Of a stretch of DNA of 64,000 bases, positions 59,501 through 64,000 are shown piece by piece (within the stretch, counting starts at the first letter, position 1; every line of letters begins with the position of its first letter). The position numbers were made by a program, and so were the translations under genes. The notes beneath the pieces were generated by a model. That model worked only from the letters and a program-made list of their open reading frames with translations, was not told the origin of the DNA and ran no database searches. Source of the stretch: a candidate division NPL-UPA2 bacterium Unc8 (GTDB taxonomy: Bacteria > NPL-UPA2); the NCBI GenBank assembly GCA_003574845.1, contig NDHY01000005.1:3342-67341 (forward strand). Direction: 5' to 3'.

Positions 59501-62500
59501 TTTGCCAAGGAGATTCTGCCGAAATCTTCCCCCCTTTCCTTTAAGCACATCACTTAACGACTTTAGCGGCCTATTTCCTGCCCTTACTATAGGTTTTCCG
59601 CGACATCCATTGTCAAAGAGAGCATCAACCGCCTCCTGTAGCATCCGCTTCTCATTGCGAATGATAATCCCCGGAGTAACTGGGTCCTGCAGCAATTTCC
59701 TGAGCCGACTATTCCTGTTTAGTATACGGCGATATAGGTCATTCAGGTCTGATGTGGCAAATCTTCCTCCATCGTCAAGTGGAATAAGTGGGCGCAGATC
59801 AGGAGGAAGAACAGGAATTACATCCATAACCATCCACCCTAACTTATTATCTGATTGGCGAAAGCCCTCTACTATCCTTAATCTCTTCATAATTCGTAGT
59901 TGTGCCGACGAAGAAGTAGCTTTCTCAAGACCGGCGCGGAGAGTTGCCACCAGTTCATCAAGAGAGACCATCTCTAACAGCTCCCTAATCGCCTCGGCTC
60001 CTATCTCTGCTTTAAAGCAGGAACCAAACTGCTTTTGGTACAGCCAACGTTCCTCTTCCATTAGCAAGGTTCCTTTTTTTAACCCACTATCTCCTGGGTC
60101 AATTACTACGTATTTTTCATAATAAATTACCTTTTCAAGGTCGCGCATACTCATTTCCAGTATTGCTCCGATACGAGAAGGAACAATCCTAAAGAACCAG
60201 ATGTGAACAACGGGACATGCTAACTTTATATGTCCCATTCGCTCCCTTCTCACCTCCGAGCGAGTAACCTCAACCCCACAATAATCACAGATAATTCCCT
60301 TATGCTTAATCCTTTTGTACTTACCGCAATGACATTCCCAATCGTGGGCAGGGCCAAAAATCTTTTCACAGAAGAGCCCATCCTTTTCAGGCTTAAATGT
60401 TCTATAGTTTATAGTTTCAGGTTTCTTTACTTCACCACGTGACCAGGAAAAAATTGCCTCTGGGGAGGCAATGCCAATTGAGATATTGCCAGTATCACGT
60501 CTTGACAAAAACACTTTTTCTCCTACTTTTTCTTCATATCTTATGTCAAGACAGAGGCTTTGTAGTTCGCGAGTGAGAACATTAAATGATTCCGGGGTGC
60601 TTGGTGGAAAAGCGTTTTCTCCCTTAACAATTGACTCGTACATTCTTGCGCGACCGGCTACATCGTCGCTCTTTACAGTAAGAAGTTCCTGTAAGATATG
60701 GGCGGCTCCATATCCCTCAAGCGCCCATACCTCCATTTCGCCAAATCGTTGCCCTCCAAGCTGAGCTTTACCGCCAAGTGGCTGCTGGGTAATAAGAGAG
60801 TAGGGCCCAGTTGCCCTGGCATGAACCTTCTCGTCAACCAGATGATTCAATTTCATTATGTAGATGTACCCAACCGTTATCTTATTGGTAAATGGCTCAC
60901 CGGTGTAGCCGTCATAGAGAGTAGTTGTGCCATTCTCCGGGAGGCCAGCACTGCAGAGTAAGTCTTTAATGTCCTTCTCCTTGGCTCCATCAAAGACAGG
61001 GCTTGAAACATATATTCCCATGGCATGAGCAGCCCAGCCAAGATGAGCCTCTAATATCTGCCCAAGAGTCATTCGGGAAGGAACTCCCAGTGGGTTAATG
61101 ACAATCTCTACAGGTGTCCCATCAGGCAGATATGGCATATCCTCCTCGGGAAGTATGCAGGAGACTACTCCCTTATTTCCGTGTCTTCCAGAAAGCTTAT
61201 CGCCAACCTGCAACTTCTGCTTTACTGCAATATAGACCTTAGCTACCTTATTGACCCCAGAAGAAAGAGTGGTAGTGTTAAGCGCTCCACTCTGGCGTGA
61301 GAAAACCCGGACATTAATAACCGTTCCGCCGCCGCCAGGGGGAACCTTCAAGGAAGCGTCACGCACATCACCCGCTTTTTCCCCAAAGATTGCCCTCAGA
61401 AGTCTATCCTCAGGCAACAGCTCTGTCTCACCTCTCGGAGCTACCTTACCTACAAGGATATCTCCTGGATTCACCTCTGCTCCAATGCGCACAATCCCAT
61501 TCTCATCAAGGTTTCCAAGAGTATCTTCACTAACATTCGGGATGTCTCTTGTTATCTCTTCCGGCCCAAGCCTTGTATCACGCTCCTCAACTTCAAACTC
61601 CTCAATATGGATTGAAGTATAGATGTCATCTTTAACAATCTTCTCGCTGATCAGAATAGCATCCTCAAAGTTATAGCCACGCCAAGGCATAAATGCTACC
61701 AGGACATTCTTTCCTAATGCCAGCTCCCCGCCAGATGTCGCCGGACCATCAGCAATTATCTCTCCAGCCTTCACCAAATCACCAGGATAGGTAAGTGGCT
61801 TCTGGTTAAGAGAAATATTCTGATTTGAACGGTAAAATTTCTGCAGCGGGTATTTTCTTGTGCCAGATCTTCCCCGAATAATAATTTCATCAGCAATGAC
61901 CCGCTCTACTCTTCCAGCAGTCCGGGCAATGACTGTCGCACCAGCATCACGGGCAACGGTGGACTCCAGCCCCGTTCCCACCAATGGCGCCTCTGTCCTC
62001 AAGAGTGAAACTGCTTGTCTTTGCATATTTGACCCCATCAATGCCCGATTGGCATCATCATGCTCAAGAAATGGAATAAGGCCAGCAGAGACGCTCACCA
62101 GTTGCAAGGGAGAGACATCCATGTACTCTATCTCATGCGCGGGCTTCATAATAAAGTCATCCCGGAAGCGAGCAAAAACCTCTTCATCCTTAAGCCGACC
62201 TTGTTCATCAAGCTCTGTATTTATCTGTGCAATAAAATAGTTATCCTCAACATCAGCGGAAAGCCATGCAATCTCATTGGTAACCTTCCTGTCCTTCACC
62301 TTGCGGTAAGGAGTTTCCAGGAACCCATACTTATTGGTTCGCGCATAAGTAGAAAGCGAGACAATAAGCCCGATGTTCAGTCCTTCAGGAGTCTCCACAG
62401 GACAGATTCTCCCATAATGCGAGAAATGAATATCCCTTGCTTCAAAGCCTGCTCTCTCTCTACTCAACCCTCCGGGGCCAAGAGCAGAGATACGACGCTT

Positions 62501-63895
62501 ATGCGTTAATTCAGCCAAAGGATTTATCTGATCCATAAATTGGGAGAGCTGACTGCGTCCAAAGAAGTCTTTGAGGACGGAGGAAACAACTTTGAAATTA
62601 ATCATATTTCTTGGCCAGAGGTCAGTTAATTCCCGACTGTTCATTTTTTCCCTAATATTCCTCTCCATTCTCGCAAGGGCAATGCGGAATTGGGCCTCAA
62701 CAAGCTCTCCAACTAACCTCAGGCGACGATTGCCAAGGTGATCAATGTCATCAACTGAGTTATCCCCGCTCTCTAACTTGAGTAGGTAGCGGAGAATTCC
62801 AGCTAAGTCTTCTTTCCTCAAAGAGGTCATGTTTTCAGAAACGTTTGTCCCTAATCTTTGATTTAACCGATGGCGACCAACACGGCCTAAACTGTAATAG
62901 TTAGAACTAAAAAATAGCCTCTGGAAATATCTACTCGCACTTTCAGTAGTTGTCGGTTCTCCCGGACGGAGTCGCTGATAAATCTCAATGAGAGCCTCCT
63001 CCCGGGTACAGCAATGATCCATTTTTAAGGTATCGATAATTGATTTTCCCTCTTTCGTAAGGATAATTAGCCTGAGGTTGGTTCGTTCTTTGGCAATCTC
63101 AGCTAAAATCTCAGCATTCAACTCAGTTCCAAGAGGTACACTTGCCCCCTCTCTAATGATGACACTTTCAGCGAGAAGGCGACCAATTATCTTCTGATTC
63201 TCCTGAAGAGTAGCGCCCAGTTTCACCATCTCAATATCGTAAAAGAGTTTTATGATTTCCTCATCTGAAGAATAGCCAAAGGCACGCAAGAACGTAGTTG
63301 CTAAAACCCTACGGCCCCTGTCAATCGTTACCCAGAGAAGACCGTGACGATCAAACTCAAACTCTATCCACCCTCCGCGATGAGGAATAATCTTTGCTGA
63401 GTAGAGCCTTTTCCCACTGGAATGCACCTTCTCATCATAAAAGACACCAGGAGAGCGGTGTAGTTGACCAACGACGACGCGTTCAACTCCATTAATGATA
63501 AAGCTACCATTCTCACTCATCAGAGGAATCTCTCCAAGATACACCTCTTGCTTTCTGATATCTTTATCCTCACCGCCTTTATCATGCAGGACCAGCCTCA
63601 TCCTTGCCTTAAGTGGAGCAGCATAGGTCATCCCAATTTGCTGGCAATCTTCAATGGTATACCCTGGTTTTTCAATAGAGTAATTTAAAAACTCAAAGGA
63701 ACATTTTCCATCATCAGAAGTGATTGGGAATATTTCTCTGAAAACAGCCTCCAGCCCCTGCTGCCGCCTCTTATCAGGATGCATCTTTTCCTGAAGAAAT
63801 TCATCATACGAGTGTTTCTGGAGCTCTACAAGGTCAGGAGGGTCCATCACCACAGGAATCCTGGCAAACCCTTTCCTTTCAATCATTTGCCTCAT
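56510..63895 (-). CDS. rpoBC: fused RNA polymerase beta-beta' subunit (1127-aa RpoB part + 1334-aa RpoC part)
   Basis: One ORF containing RpoB motifs ([38 protein letters not shown]) and RpoC motifs ([31 protein letters not shown]). Confidence 0.95.
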   Translation of the reverse strand: MRQMIERKGFARIPVVMDPPDLVELQKHSYDEFLQEKMHPDKRRQQGLEAVFREIFPITSDDGKCSFEFLNYSIEKPGYTIEDCQQIGMTYAAPLKARMRLVLHDKGGEDKDIRKQEVYLGEIPLMSENGSFIINGVERVVVGQLHRSPGVFYDEKVHSSGKRLYSAKIIPHRGGWIEFEFDRHGLLWVTIDRGRRVLATTFLRAFGYSSDEEIIKLFYDIEMVKLGATLQENQKIIGRLLAESVIIREGASVPLGTELNAEILAEIAKERTNLRLIILTKEGKSIIDTLKMDHCCTREEALIEIYQRLRPGEPTTTESASRYFQRLFFSSNYYSLGRVGRHRLNQRLGTNVSENMTSLRKEDLAGILRYLLKLESGDNSVDDIDHLGNRRLRLVGELVEAQFRIALARMERNIREKMNSRELTDLWPRNMINFKVVSSVLKDFFGRSQLSQFMDQINPLAELTHKRRISALGPGGLSRERAGFEARDIHFSHYGRICPVETPEGLNIGLIVSLSTYARTNKYGFLETPYRKVKDRKVTNEIAWLSADVEDNYFIAQINTELDEQGRLKDEEVFARFRDDFIMKPAHEIEYMDVSPLQLVSVSAGLIPFLEHDDANRALMGSNMQRQAVSLLRTEAPLVGTGLESTVARDAGATVIARTAGRVERVIADEIIIRGRSGTRKYPLQKFYRSNQNISLNQKPLTYPGDLVKAGEIIADGPATSGGELALGKNVLVAFMPWRGYNFEDAILISEKIVKDDIYTSIHIEEFEVEERDTRLGPEEITRDIPNVSEDTLGNLDENGIVRIGAEVNPGDILVGKVAPRGETELLPEDRLLRAIFGEKAGDVRDASLKVPPGGGGTVINVRVFSRQSGALNTTTLSSGVNKVAKVYIAVKQKLQVGDKLSGRHGNKGVVSCILPEEDMPYLPDGTPVEIVINPLGVPSRMTLGQILEAHLGWAAHAMGIYVSSPVFDGAKEKDIKDLLCSAGLPENGTTTLYDGYTGEPFTNKITVGYIYIMKLNHLVDEKVHARATGPYSLITQQPLGGKAQLGGQRFGEMEVWALEGYGAAHILQELLTVKSDDVAGRARMYESIVKGENAFPPSTPESFNVLTRELQSLCLDIRYEEKVGEKVFLSRRDTGNISIGIASPEAIFSWSRGEVKKPETINYRTFKPEKDGLFCEKIFGPAHDWECHCGKYKRIKHKGIICDYCGVEVTRSEVRRERMGHIKLACPVVHIWFFRIVPSRIGAILEMSMRDLEKVIYYEKYVVIDPGDSGLKKGTLLMEEERWLYQKQFGSCFKAEIGAEAIRELLEMVSLDELVATLRAGLEKATSSSAQLRIMKRLRIVEGFRQSDNKLGWMVMDVIPVLPPDLRPLIPLDDGGRFATSDLNDLYRRILNRNSRLRKLLQDPVTPGIIIRNEKRMLQEAVDALFDNGCRGKPIVRAGNRPLKSLSDVLKGKGGRFRQNLLGKRADYSGRSVVVVNPKLKFSQCGLPRRMALELFEPFILEKLRERGLAHTIRGAKRTFEKIGHEIWKILEEVVKDHMVLLNRAPTLHRLGIQAFQPTLVEGNAIHIHPLVCTAFNADFDGDQMAVHIPLSTEAQMEAYLLMLSSRNVLSPASGEPIAVPTQDIVLGCYYLTKERAGAKGEGKIFSDPGEVEIAWRNGYVDIQAMIKICRGRKLVTTTVGRVIFNTLLPPLIPFVNQELKKSDLSHLIGIVHRQCGAEEAVQLLDSIKDIGFEVVTTAGISIAIDDSVIPPAKNSILKEAKGKVNEIKEQYHRGLITNGERHNRIIDLWTRCTDKISNLVFEQMEKSSKDGQFNSIFMMADSGARGSRLQIRQLGGMRGLMAKSSGEIIETPITANFREGLTALEYFLSTHGGRKGLADTALKTADSGYLTRRLVDVAQDLIITEEDCGTPNGIEVEAIYGGMEELVSLGKRVVGRIACDDIIIPQLGNIIVKNRDEITEELADVIEEAGIERVKVRSPLTCETRQGICRRCYGRNLSTGHLVELGEAVGVIAAQSIGEPGTQLTMRTFHVGGAAQRVIEQSAAFARDDGVVHYYRLKTIKNKEQQTIVLNRNGAILICNKEGGELERHIVLPGAVIACESGVSVAKGDLLASWDPYMRPILSEIEGNVEFEDIVLGVTVQEEFDRATGLTTKVITEHKADLHPQIVIRDASKQILGYYGLPPRACIVVRERDRVSPGDLLSKTPREVAGTVDITGGLPRIVELFEARRPKNPAVITEIDGIVEFTESVGEKRKIIVKNEETGMKREYLVPPGKHMTIYKGEMVSAGQPLTDGPVVLQDILRVRGIKNLQRHLIDQIQEIYWLQGVTINDKHIELIIRQMLRRIEIENKGDTAFLIGDQIDRWKFEEENEKLKTEGKRPARAAPVILGITRASLSTDSFIAAASFQETTRVLTDAAFNGRKDELKSLKENVVLGRLIPAGTGMSHHYHIAIDADVKSIN

Positions 63896-63916
63896 AAGTT
63901 TCTCCCTTTATAGGAC

Positions 63917-63967
63917 GTCACGAAAGTGCTGCTATTTAATTATTAAGCCTGGAACGAGTTTCGTGAC
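63917..63967 (-). promoter_or_regulatory. inverted repeat in rplL-rpoB spacer (possible attenuator/processing stem)
   Basis: GTCACGAAA (63917-63925) and TTTCGTGAC (63959-63967), 33-nt spacer, no U-tract. Confidence 0.35.
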
Positions 63968-63973
63968 AGCATA

Positions 63974-64000
63974 TTACTTTAGTTCAACAGTAGCTCCTAC
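63974..64000 (-). CDS. rplL: 50S ribosomal protein L7/L12, last 8 codons
   Basis: VGATVELK-stop, typical L7/L12 C-terminus, upstream of rpoB. Confidence 0.8.
   Translation of the reverse strand, partial: VGATVELK

Noticed and set aside
56894-63688. Plus-strand ORFs inside rpoBC and throughout the ribosomal operons
   Set aside because: Antisense shadows of strongly conserved genes with no independent motifs.

Overview
Bacterial chromosomal segment (about 40-45% GC by eye; lineage not assignable from sequence alone), mostly housekeeping genes. Left: tungsten-type aldehyde:ferredoxin oxidoreductase (runs off the left edge), archaeal-type pheS, trkH-trkA-trkA, rplT-rpmI-infC-thrS, tRNA-Val(GAC), mreBCD, pfk, fba. 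Middle (mostly + strand): purB, mrdA-rodA, phosphoesterase, B12 radical SAM, fmt, Memo, galK, rny-ymdB, argB-argD-argF-thyX-GT4-argC-argJ. A 3.6-kb accessory island (33.8-37.4 kb) holds a RAYT/HUH transposase with 21-bp inverted repeats, a truncated M48 peptidase and two paralogous unknown membrane-anchored proteins, each preceded by a gene fragment. The right 26.5 kb is one minus-strand superoperon (rplL end, rpoBC, str, S10, spc, alpha). Main unusual signals: (1) rpoB and rpoC form one 2461-aa ORF whose junction still carries a cryptic stop, SD and GTG one base out of register; (2) many intergenic gaps hold 7-nt-period repeat arrays of many unit types that recur as ordered composite blocks and intrude into protein C-termini; (3) the RAYT island; (4) archaeal-type PheRS alpha; (5) S12 with K42R, H76Y and R85S; (6) probable AUA starts for both infC and infA.
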